Source: Anthoceros angustus
Taxonomy: Eukaryota > Plantae > Anthocerotophyta
Assembly: GCA_010909165.1 (NCBI GenBank)
Contig: MU008201.1
Span: forward strand, 62,001-126,000
Length of the DNA stretch: 64,000 bases
Direction of reading: 5' to 3'
Positions 8,546 through 24,626 of this stretch are shown here, piece by piece. A program made the translations under genes and the position numbers. Under the pieces are notes generated by a model. That model was not told the DNA's origin. It saw only the letters and a list, made by a program, of their open reading frames with translations, and ran no database searches. Each line of letters starts with the position of its first letter. Position 1 is the stretch's first letter.

Positions 8546-11329
8546 ATGACTATCGGGTGTTGGGTTTGCGAAAGCAGGGGCTCTCGGGCTCAATTTCTGC
8601 TCCTGCGAATCATGGTTTCCGGGAGCGTTGCACTTAATTCATGCAGAGGGCGGCAGGAGCTGTTGAGGACCCAAGGATTTGGTGGGTTAACAGTTCTACT
8701 AGGACGACCTTGTTACATCAGCCTTGCAAGGAAAGCAGTCCCTCCAAGAGAATGTCTGGCTGTGAGTAATTCTGACTCTGGCAGGCCCGCAGGATACGAA
8801 TGGGGCGTGACTGCTGAGACAGTGAGCAAGCTTTGTCAGCAGGGGCAACTCACGGATGCCGTGGAGGCTCTGGAAATTCTGGTGCACACAGACGGCCAGG
8901 TTTCCCAGTCTCTCTTTTATGCTGTTCTGAAAGCTTGCGTGGTTAAGAAGGATCTTGTTCTGGGTCGCCGTGTTCATGCTCTCACCGTGAAAATGGGGTA
9001 TAAGTCGGACACGTTCCTGTGCAACCATATCCTGCGAATGTATTCTTCTCATGGGCGCTTGCAGGAAGCGATGGATGTGTTCACCGAGGTTGCTAAACCA
9101 GATGCCTTTATGTGGTCTTCAATTATTTCTGCCCATGTTGGGCAAGGAGAAGCTAAGCAGGCAATAGAACTGTACCATCAGATGGTCAGGTCAGGCGTGA
9201 AGCCAGATTGCCATGTGTTTGTAGCTGCTCTCCAGGCTTGCGCGAAGGGAGCAGACTTGGAAACTGGGCAGCAGGTGCATGCTGATATGTTGGCTAGTAG
9301 GGTTGAGCCTGATTTGTTTGTTTGCAATAGCTTGGTGGACATGTATGCAAAGTGTGGCAGCATGAAAGAAGCTCGAAGAATGTTTGACGGACTTTGTCAG
9401 AAAGATGTCGTGACGTGGAATGCTCTGATCACAGGATATGCCCAGCAGGGCATGAGTCAGGACGCCCTTGATCTGTACAGTGCTATGTCCAAAGAAGGCA
9501 ACGCTGCACCCAATTCTGTGACGTTTGTGTGCCTCCTGCAGGCATGTGCAAGTCTGGGTACATCTGCTTTGGAGAAGGGGAAGCAGCTTCATGCACAGAT
9601 TGAAGCGCAAGGACGTGCAGTTGATGTGATCGTTGGCAACAACTTGGTAAACATGTACACAAAGTGTGGCAGCCTACAGGACGCTTGGAGCGTGTTCCAA
9701 GCACTTCGTCAGAAAGATGTGGTCACCTGGACTGCTCTGATAGCAGGATATTCCCGGCATGGCATGGGTTATGAAGCCCTTCATCTATACAGTACTATGC
9801 AGCAACAAGGCATTGCTGCACCAGATGTTGTGACATTTGTGTGCCTCCTGCAGGCATGTGCAAGTGTGGGTGTCTTTGCTTTGGAGGAGGGGAAGCAGCT
9901 CCATGCGCAGATTCGAGAAGTAGGACTGGACGCTGATGTGACCGTGTGTAACAATTTGATAAACATGTACGCAAAGTGTGGCAGCCTGCACCATGCTCAG
10001 AGTGTGTTTGACGGACTTAGTGAAAAAGACGTGGTCACATGGACAGCTCTAATAGCAGGATACTCCCAGGAGGGCTTGAGTCAGGAAGCCCTTCGTCTTT
10101 ACAGGGCTATGCAAGAAGAAGGTGTCACTACACCCAATTCGGTGACATTCATTTGCCTCCTGCAGGCATGTGCAATTGTGGGGCCCCTGGCTTTGGAGAC
10201 AGGAAAGCAGTTGCATGCACAGGTTAGAGAACGGGCACTTCATGGCGACGATGTCATGGCCTCTAGCCTTGTAAAGATGTATGCAAGGTGTGGCAGCTTA
10301 CAGGATGCTCAGAGTGTGTTTGACGGCATTCATGAAAGAGATATCACTATGTGGAATGCCATGATTGCCGGATATTCCCAACAGGGCATGGGTCAGGAAG
10401 CCCTTTGTCTTTACAGGGCTATGGAACAACAAGGCATTACTGCACCCAACGCTGTAACATTCATTTGCCTCCTGCAAGCATGTGCGAGTGTGGCAGCTTT
10501 GCACGTCGGGAGACAGCTTCATGCCCAGATCAAAGAACTGGGGTTTGAAGCTGATGTGGTCGTAGCCACTAGTTTGATGAACATGTACTCAAAGTCAGGG
10601 AGCATGGGTGATGCACAGCAGGTATTTGATGCCTTGCCAGAACGAGACGAGGTTGCCTGGAATGCACTGATTGCAGGATATGCCCGACAAGGAGACAGTG
10701 ACGTGGTCTTAAACTTGGTTCAGAGAATGACACAGGATGGCTCGCATCCAAACGCCGTCACATTCCTCAGTGTCTTGGCAGTATGCAGTCATGCAGGTCT
10801 GGTGAGCAAGGGGCAAGAGTACTTTAATGCCATGAGCAGAGACTATGGTATAACTCCCACAGCAGAGCACTACTCGTGCATGGTAGATCTCCTGGGTCGG
10901 GCAGGCCAACTTGACGACGCACTGGCTTTGGTAAGGGCGATGCCTGTACAGCCTCATGACGCAGTTTGGCACGCTCTGTTGGGTGCTTGTCAGAAGTGGA
11001 GCAACGTGGTGGTGGGACGGCATGCTTTTGATGAAGCTGTGAAGCTGGATGAGAGAGATCCGTCGGCCTATGTGTCGATGTTGAACATATATACCGGTGC
11101 CCAGATGTGGGAGGAGGCAGAGGAGATGCAGCTGAGGAGAACTTCCATCGGAGCATGGAAGCAGCCAGGCCAGAGCTGGTGGACAGACATGGATGGAGTG
11201 GTGCATACTTTTGTGGTAGGGGATACAAAGCACGCCGAGAGCGAAGAAATATACGGGAGGTTGCAACAGCTCCTTCCCAAAGTGGAGAAGGAAGGATATC
11301 ATAGGCCAGACTGGTCCAGCTGCGAGTAG
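8546..11329 (+). CDS. PLS-class PPR protein: 20 PPR motifs + E1-E2-E+ with a WW-type PG box, no DYW domain
   Basis: Intronless ORF (open from GTG 8510; first in-frame ATGs at 8546 and 8612). Same architecture as the neighbour plus one extra PLS triplet. Ends KQPGQSWWTDMDGVVHTFVVGD...EGYHRPDWSSCE*. Confidence 0.93.
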   Translation: MTIGCWVCESRGSRAQFLLLRIMVSGSVALNSCRGRQELLRTQGFGGLTVLLGRPCYISLARKAVPPRECLAVSNSDSGRPAGYEWGVTAETVSKLCQQGQLTDAVEALEILVHTDGQVSQSLFYAVLKACVVKKDLVLGRRVHALTVKMGYKSDTFLCNHILRMYSSHGRLQEAMDVFTEVAKPDAFMWSSIISAHVGQGEAKQAIELYHQMVRSGVKPDCHVFVAALQACAKGADLETGQQVHADMLASRVEPDLFVCNSLVDMYAKCGSMKEARRMFDGLCQKDVVTWNALITGYAQQGMSQDALDLYSAMSKEGNAAPNSVTFVCLLQACASLGTSALEKGKQLHAQIEAQGRAVDVIVGNNLVNMYTKCGSLQDAWSVFQALRQKDVVTWTALIAGYSRHGMGYEALHLYSTMQQQGIAAPDVVTFVCLLQACASVGVFALEEGKQLHAQIREVGLDADVTVCNNLINMYAKCGSLHHAQSVFDGLSEKDVVTWTALIAGYSQEGLSQEALRLYRAMQEEGVTTPNSVTFICLLQACAIVGPLALETGKQLHAQVRERALHGDDVMASSLVKMYARCGSLQDAQSVFDGIHERDITMWNAMIAGYSQQGMGQEALCLYRAMEQQGITAPNAVTFICLLQACASVAALHVGRQLHAQIKELGFEADVVVATSLMNMYSKSGSMGDAQQVFDALPERDEVAWNALIAGYARQGDSDVVLNLVQRMTQDGSHPNAVTFLSVLAVCSHAGLVSKGQEYFNAMSRDYGITPTAEHYSCMVDLLGRAGQLDDALALVRAMPVQPHDAVWHALLGACQKWSNVVVGRHAFDEAVKLDERDPSAYVSMLNIYTGAQMWEEAEEMQLRRTSIGAWKQPGQSWWTDMDGVVHTFVVGDTKHAESEEIYGRLQQLLPKVEKEGYHRPDWSSCE

Positions 11330-12220
11330 CCGAATCTATTTCACCAAAGTATACGGTATGGACTCACTTTGAGCATCCTCAAATGGCTCTTCAAACTTCA
11401 ATTCTCTGGAGATTTAATGCTCGGACTCTTATTTTTTCTTCTCACCTCTGCACCATCCAGGCGGCAAAGATACTTGACAACGGCATCACTTGAAAGCTGG
11501 ATCCAGGTAGCCTTCTGGCCGACGCGCCTGTTCTTCCTCCCGATCCAGGTTAGGCTAAGTGCAAATGCGCTATAAATCTTCGAAAGCATGAACACCCCTC
11601 AGCAATCTTCTACCTTGATGCACACCACAGGATCGTTCAGACGGCTCCTGCAGCCAGGATACATACCTTCAGCCTGAACCCAGCTGCCCTTGCCAATTCT
11701 CAAATCCGCTTCCTCTGCATCAGCTGGGCCTTGTTGTTTGCACCAAAGTACGAAAGAACTTGCAAACCCCCCAGCCTCAGCGTCACTCCTCTAGATAAAT
11801 GGTGGCCTGCCTCAACTCTGCGAGTGACGACGACGAGAAGCGAGAAAATGCCGACGTTTTGCTCAGCGCTCGCTTGTGCCGATTTCACCCGGCCTTGAAG
11901 CCTCGGGGCGCGCCAGGGTAACTGTTAAGTGACCAGTTAGAGACTGGTTAAACCAAAGGTGAAAGGGAGTGACTAGGAGGTCCTGTGCAACACGTTGATC
12001 TTGTGTGCAGGGGAGCTTAGATCTCATCGTTGCGGGCACAGAGCTGGTGATTGAAGGATCGATCTGCCGCTGCAGCGTCTTGTACTGTTCGAAGGTTCTC
12101 AGCAGGGTAGAATGGGCTCAGGGCGGGCGAAGCTTTGAGGACGCCTGGTGGGGAGCGAGCCGTTGTTTGCGAGTGGGCAGGGTTAGCAGTTGCGAGGTCA
12201 CCCGTCCCAGCTTGGCTAGG

Positions 12221-12452
12221 ATGGCAGCATTTACAGGAAGAGATTTCTCCACCATGGGCGGGATTGCCACGGTCTCCGTGCTGCACTCCTTCATTCCTAC
12301 CCACTGGCTACCATTTTCTATCGTTGGACGTGCACAGAAGTGGTCGATCTCGCAAACTCTGCTTGTCAGTAAGTCTCTAGCTTCTGTGGGAAAGATGGTG
12401 ATGCTAGGGCTGCTGTGCCCTAGGATGCGGAAGGCTGTTTTGCTGCCCGTGT

Positions 12453-12489
<37 letters not shown>

Positions 12490-13244
12490 CGAATTGATGC
12501 CTTCATTTTGGTTGTGCAGCTGAGAGTCGTCTTTTCCTGGATCCAGCTTGCTTTGGAGCGGTGTGTCATGTGGGTTTCTAGGTTTTTTGAGGATTGATCC
12601 CTTGATATCTTCATCTTTCTTGTGCCCTTTATTGTTGCTGACAAGTTTTGGTGCTTTCCCTCACCCCAGCTGCCTTCGGAGCGGTGTGCCATGTGCTATC
12701 GACATCCTTGCTGGGTCTGACAGCAATTACTATGGCCAATACTATTGCTGGTGAAGAAAAGGTTCATGCACTTGCGTCCGGTCTGCTCGTATTTCTGGGA
12801 GTCAGTTACATCTTGCTTTTCATTTTTGGAAAAGGAGGGCATGGTCATGCCCACAATCACTCCATGGAGAAAATGGCCGTGGCCGGACTTATTCTCGTGC
12901 CGACACTGTCCCCATGTGCCACAACTTTGCCTGTGTTTCTGGCTGTTGGCAATGCATCACATGGAGTTCTGCTTCTAGCAATAGCGGTTCTCCTGATCAG
13001 CACCCTTTCAGTGATGCTCACATTGGTTGCCCTATCCTTTTATGGAGCAGCTCAGCTTAAATTTCATTGGATCGAGAGGTATGACAAGGCTCTTGTGGGA
13101 AGTGTGCTTGTCTTAGTCGGGATACTCACATTCTTGTTCCACGACCATGATCATGAAGGAGAGGTAGGTGGTCATGCTCATGCTCACGAAGCTGCAGAGG
13201 CTGCTGTGGACCTGGTGCAGCGCAAGCTGCTTGGATTCAGCTGA
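12221..13244 (+). CDS. His-rich multi-pass membrane protein, NiCoT/RcnA-like (putative Ni/Co transporter); 2 exons, 240 aa
   Basis: Exons 12221-12368 and 12670-13244 (GT-AG, 723 nt in frame). Motifs LHSFIPTHW, GHGHAHNH, LSPCATTLPVFL and HDHDH, with several hydrophobic helices. Matches a conserved plant family from memory. Confidence 0.8.
12455..12488. repeat. (TG)17 microsatellite in intron 1 of the NiCoT-like gene
   Basis: Read directly from the sequence. Confidence 0.97.
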
Positions 13245-16200
13245 AACTTTCTTGAAACCAAACCTCCGTTCGGCCACCCCTGCACTGCTGCTGTGGGACA
13301 ATCCTGGTTTTGCTTTCCAGAATGGAGCTCATCATTAGGAGCGTCCCCCAAAAAAAGGGTTCTTCCAAGACTGTCGTCAGCTTATGCAGGTACCTTTATG
13401 TGCTGACCTCCGAAAACGTAGGTGTTCTTCGGCTCTTGTTCATGGAGCTTTTCACTTGATCCGGACTCCCTTGAACTCCAGAACTCTTCACATCTGTGCT
13501 GCAGCTAGCTCATGTTTGAGAATTGACTACGGAAAGTGGACGGTGGGGTATGCATCAGCCAAACAAGCTCCTCCCCTGCAACACATCAGTCAAACAAGCT
13601 CCTCCACTGCAAGCTCATGCCCAGTCATTTCAGAGTAATGTCCGAGGTTCATGTATATGATCTGAGGAACTTTGAAGAAATGCGTGATTTGATAGACACA
13701 GAAAATGACTATGTTACCAACAGGAATAATTGGTGTAGCTGTGCTGTATTTTCTGGGCACACATGATTCACGTTGAAGCCTTTTGCCTACTGATAGTGGG
13801 CATTTGTATTCAGTCAGTTGCTGCTTCCTTGCCGGGCACTTCGTGTCCGTTGTCTCGTGAAGATCGAGGCAGGATCCAGTGCTGACCTACTTCGGGGGGA
13901 CGCAGAAGCCACTGTACACCAAGTGGTTGACGTTGTCAACCTCGGTACGCACGGATGAGCAATGAGGCTCAGTATACATACATATAATATACCTCTCCTT
14001 GGAGCAGGAGCCACAGGTACCACTTGGTCCTCGGGTAGCGCAGCCCCTTCGAGTGTCCACTCTCCTTCACTTCGAAGCCATATAAACCTGAAAAGCTGCC
14101 AACAGTCCGCGTGATGGGAAATCATTCGCTATGTACAGATGTGCCTGCTGTATTGCAGGCATATTCAATCCTATGCCGCTTGTCAGTTATGATGTCCATC
14201 AGCTCTCGCTTGTGCCAGACACGAAGCTCCAGGCGTGCCCACATACATATGTATGTATATACTGTACCTATTACCTCACGAAAGAGCCCCGCAGGAGCAG
14301 GAACGGAGTCTTCCTTCCCATACAGAAATTCGTGCCCGTTGTTCCTCACCATATGTTGTCGGATTTTGTACACATTTTTGGATGGAAGGGATTGCTTTCA
14401 GCTGCCACAAGAGAGCTCTCAGCTGCTGCAAGAGTGCTTTCAGCGAGGAAAGTATTTCCGGTGAATGACATGTGCGCTCCAGCACTGACACAGGTACATA
14501 TTCATGATTCATGAACCTGAGAATCTGACTTGTTCTCCCTGCCTTCATGGGTCATTCCATCACACTTGTCATGCGAAGGCTCTACACCTTCCATATTCTC
14601 CCAGAGTCCCCCACATGTAAGAGTGGCACGTGGGACGGGCATCAAAAGCTGGGCCACGAAGTTCGGAGCGTGCCGGCCGCCACTGCGCATTTCCTGCCTG
14701 TGGCGCAACACAGTCCGTGACTGTGGACTGGAGTCCTGGACACCCCGTGACTTCGGTCCTTGATTCCTCCAGCTTGCAGAATGTAGGCTTTCCCTTCCGG
14801 CGTCGGCACATACAACAGGCAGCTAACTGCTGACTGCAGCCAACTGTCGTGTCGTTGTGCTAAAAGTTGGGAAATCCGTATCCTGTCACAATTTGTCCAA
14901 CCCGGTCCAGGACATGCAGGCATGCAGACATGCAAGAAAGAGTTCTATGAGGAACTCTCCCAAGTCACGCGTTTGTTGGGCCGCTTGACTGCCGGGATGG
15001 CGTGTTATCCCAATACTGAAGCTTCTCAAAATGAGCTGGAAAATTTTATTTTACTTCTTCATTTCAAAGTTTAATATTATCAAACCTAGTGAAATCAGAA
15101 AGGGTTTAGCCTTTGAATATACTTATCAGAATTGAGTGGCCAGGGACTTACATCTAACATTGATTGGGGTGAGATAGGTTAAGGAAAAAGAAGGCTTTAT
15201 TATAAAAAAGAAATGGGAAAAACCCATCCACCAAAAAACAAAGGGGAAAAAACCCAGCGAAGGGCACCATGCCACGGGGACTAGCCCCCATGATCACGCA
15301 TTTCAAAACGCCCGAAGAACTTTGTGGTCAGGGATGTGAAAAGGCCTACTTACCACCGGTGTCGAACAAGCTACATCTCCCGCGCCCTCGCTATCTTGTA
15401 TATATTTGTATATAGTGCATTAGCCAGCACCCTCTGTAGAGAGATGGGTTAAGCACATGTAGAGGGAAAGAGAATGGAGAATGTAATAAATATTTAAGTA
15501 CATAGGTGACACTTTTTCATACGGAGAAAGAGGAGAGACGTGGTAGCCATATGTTGCTTTTCCCAATAATTGCCTTTGAACATGTGACACTTTCATATTA
15601 CATGTCTCTTTTCCTTGCCAAAAGTGTAATATTGAAGTGTTACAAAAGTTCGGAGCATGCGTGTCAGGTCTCTCTCCCATGTCAAAAGTTATTTAAAAAA
15701 ATTTTGAACCACAACAAAAATTATAACCGAAAAAACATAACAGCATGGAGGAGCCTGTACGGTATGGGCGGAACGAGATGGCTTTTGGCGTCGTCTTCAA
15801 GCGGTCCTACAAGCAGCCTAACCGAGGGAATCTCCTAGGCGGTTCCGGTTCTGTGGAGACCGGAATCGACGGTGAGCCGGTGAGAGTTGTGGGCCATGCA
15901 CGGGCCAAGGTCATTAAAACATACAAAGACCGCCAAAGTAGGAGATGTAATGGAATTAAAATCTTTTACAATAACTTCACATTTAATTATTACAATAATT
16001 ATATTTATCTGTGAAAATGGTAAGAGCAATGGAAGACATACGGGAAGAAGTCCTTTCACTCCTCATCTGGTGGTCACCTTGGCCTTGTGGGCTGTGAGAC
16101 CATCACCGAGCAGCCACAAAGAGTGAAAAGTTTGGTAGCTCACATCCGAGTACCTGGTCGCTAACGACCAGCTCCAAACATAGCTTGGTTGAGAGCATTC

Positions 16201-17188
16201 AAACGCAGTTGTGTAGTTGCCTGCGAGCAGGTCACTGAGGTCAGTACCCATGCTGGCTATTTTCTGGCCGTTGCAGGGGCATCCATGGAGCCTGCAGGAG
16301 AGAGAGAGGGCGGTGCTGCTGCTATAAATGGTGGTTACGACACGGTGGTGCGCTTGGCAGGTCTGATCGCTTTGCTGCAGCCGCTGCAGCCGCTGCAGCC
16401 GCGGCCTGCATCCGCGGCTGCGTGATGATCAAATCTGCCCACATTTTCCGCGTCTTGTGCGCTCACGTTTGGCCTTTTCCGTTTCCCCGTTTCCCGAGGT
16501 AGGCACTTTGCGGCTCGGGGTCGGAGTCGGGGTCGGGGGTATTCCGCTCGACAGTTTTATCACCCGGCCCGTCCGCCGCCTCGCTTGTTCCTTCGCTCGC
16601 ACTGGGATCGAATCCGAGCTTGTGCCTATTCTGGCTTTGATCACTTGTACATTTGTGGGCTGTGGAGCGGGCTGGGCAGTCAGCCATGTTGTAGCGGTAT
16701 CTCCCATGGCTGCGGCCCGAGTCAACGCCGGCCCACTTGCAGATACGGATTCCGCTGCTCGGATTTGAGGTGAGATGCTGAGAGACGTTGCATGGTAGGC
16801 ATGGATGGTCATTCCTTGTCCTGTCATGCTTCCGAATGTAGAGCAGGTTTTGCTGGGCAGGGATTGAGTGTTGTTTTTCGCCCTGAAAGATCCACCAGCC
16901 TAGTTGCAGAGTTGCAGAAGGGGAGAGTGTGTGTCGAGAATGAGAAGGTTTTCGGTTGTGGGTCGTGGTGGGTTTTTTCCTCTGAAGTTCTAGTGCTTAG
17001 TTCTGTGCTGCTCGGTGTATGTGGCAGCTGGGAGTTCTGGGCCGTCCAGCCAGATGGTGCCAGTGCGGATTCCGGGTTGAGTGAGATCTGCAAGAGCTCG
17101 GCGCAATGGAGGGTGAGTTGGGTTGTGGGGCAATGCGTGAAATTGATGTAGAGCGAAGAAGAATGGAGCGTGAAGTTTTGTGGGGAGG

Positions 17189-22901
<5,713 letters not shown>

Positions 22902-23164
22902 TGCCAATGGTCAAGAAATTTTGACAAGCAGCCAGCACCATGACGACAGGATGCACTCCTTCATATTTCATGAATGGACGAACTTGGAACACTCCCGGTG
23001 GCCAAGACCTTGAGAGCTTTGTGTCTGGAACAACATTTTTTCTCCAGCAGTCTAACAGCCCTCAAGTGCATATTCAAGAAGACAGCAGTCCAGATAACTG
23101 TGTTGTAAGATGAAACCTGTTCAGATCACACCAAAGAATGTAATTTCACAGCGCAAAGACACAT

Positions 23165-23400
23165 TGGTATTGAGAGACCCCATGTCAGCGGTGAAAATCA
23201 ATGATTTTAGGGGCTAATCAGAGAACAATCTCCATTATTTTCGACTCTAGACAAAGACCAGCCTGACCTCGGAAACAAGGTAGTATTGCCTATCTCTATG
23301 ACGAACGCAGGGTGGAAAGCTACGCCTCTACCACGTAAATTTCGACAGCATGCAGCAGCTCCAAAACATAAAATTTCGTAGATACGGGAAGCATTGCAGC
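23165..23400 (+). repeat. Diverged direct repeat, copy 1 (copy 2 at ~24160-24400)
   Basis: Shared blocks AATCTCCATTAT, AGACCAGCCTGACCTCG, GCAGGGTGG..A.CTACGC and AGCATGCAGCAGCTCC, about 1 kb apart. Confidence 0.75.
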
Positions 23401-23479
23401 TCAGATACTCTGGTGGGTCGTGAGGATGAGGAAGACTGTAAATGCTCCATGGATCCGTCTTAAGAGTTAGTTCTCGATG

Positions 23480-24110
23480 TCAGTTTTTTTGGTGGCTAGT
23501 AGAGATGGCCTGCCCCAGGCGGCAAAACATGTCGGTTGAAGCGTTCTCTTTTCCACTCCGTTGTAATAATCAGTAGACGAGCTGTCAGCGGAGGTCTCTG
23601 AGGAGTGGTCCGGAAGGCTACAATCACAAGCGCAGAAAGGGATTCCATCCAAAGCTTGGAGGGAACAGGCCTAGCTAGTCACCGCCCTTATCTGGCATCT
23701 TTCGCTGGTCATCTGACCATGGCAGAGTTCGCTTTGTTCTCCTGAGGCATTGGACAAGGATCCAGAATTGAGGGTATAAGAGGTTCTTCCCCGCGCTGTA
23801 CCTCAGAAGGTATCTTATGTCCAACACATGATGTTAAGCGAATTTTGCATCTGCGCCATGGGATCCGAGATGGACAGCCCGCGCCTTGTGGAAGCCATCC
23901 CCTGCGACTGCGTGCCAGTGGTTATAGCAGACAACTTTTGGCTTCAATTAGATTATGGTCTTTTGCCTTACCCATCACGGGGGATGAGAAGGGCACTCCC
24001 AACCTCAAGGACCTGCTGAAAATCACGGACAAGCAGTGTAGGAGTCCACAATGCCGGCTCCGGCATGTCAGGCAACACTTCCTGTTCAGAAAAGCAATTT
24101 GCAAAAAGAA
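23480..24110 (+). pseudogene. Degenerate exostosin/GT47 glycosyltransferase fragment
   Basis: RPYLASFAGH..., SEFCICAMGSEMDSPRLVEAIPCDCVPVVIADN and LKDLLKI...RHVRQHF match the GT47 pattern SkFCLCPxGxExxSPRxVEAIxxxCVPVII. The pieces lie in different frames with stops. Confidence 0.8.
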
Positions 24111-24626
24111 ACTGTCCTGATTATACCAATGAAATCAGATTACAGCGCCGACGAGGAAAGGCAGTATTGAAAGACCCTACGTTGGAGACAAAAGTCTATG
24201 ATTCCAGGAGCACATCAGAGAGAAATCTCCATTATATACAACTCCAGACAGAGACCAGCCTGACCTCGCAAAACAATGTAATATTGCCTGTCTGTCTCTC
24301 TGACGAGCGCAGGGTGGCAACCTACGCTTCTACCATATGCTGAACTTTGATAGCATGCAGCAGCTCCCAAACGTAGAATTTCGCAAATACGGAAAGCACG
24401 GCTTGCGCAGTACTAACAGCTCTGACGGGCTGGCTATCCTCCACTCGGGGAAAAGGTTAGTACTAATGTCAACGATGAGACAGGTGACTCAAGATGAAAG
24501 CGCAAAACACTGGCGGAGAACTATCCTGTCTGCACCAGCTGCCTTCCTCCGATCACACCAGAACTCGAAATACCTGTATTAAAATTAGGGTGGGAGCAGA
24601 TCCATGAACTTGCCAAATAAGATTTT

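Noticed and set aside
6091-11304. Many 60-200 aa ORFs overlapping the PPR genes in other frames or strands
   Set aside because: They are shadows of the repetitive PPR coding sequence.
11330-11560. Possible cryptic DYW domain downstream of the plus-strand PPR stop
   Set aside because: No HxE or CxxC motif and no DYW-like end in the read-through frame.
13300-14950. Exon-like segments (e.g. HKRELMDIITDKRHRIEYAC, FRFIWLRSEGEWTLEG)
   Set aside because: No consistent spliced model or known family could be built; needs RNA-seq or BLAST.
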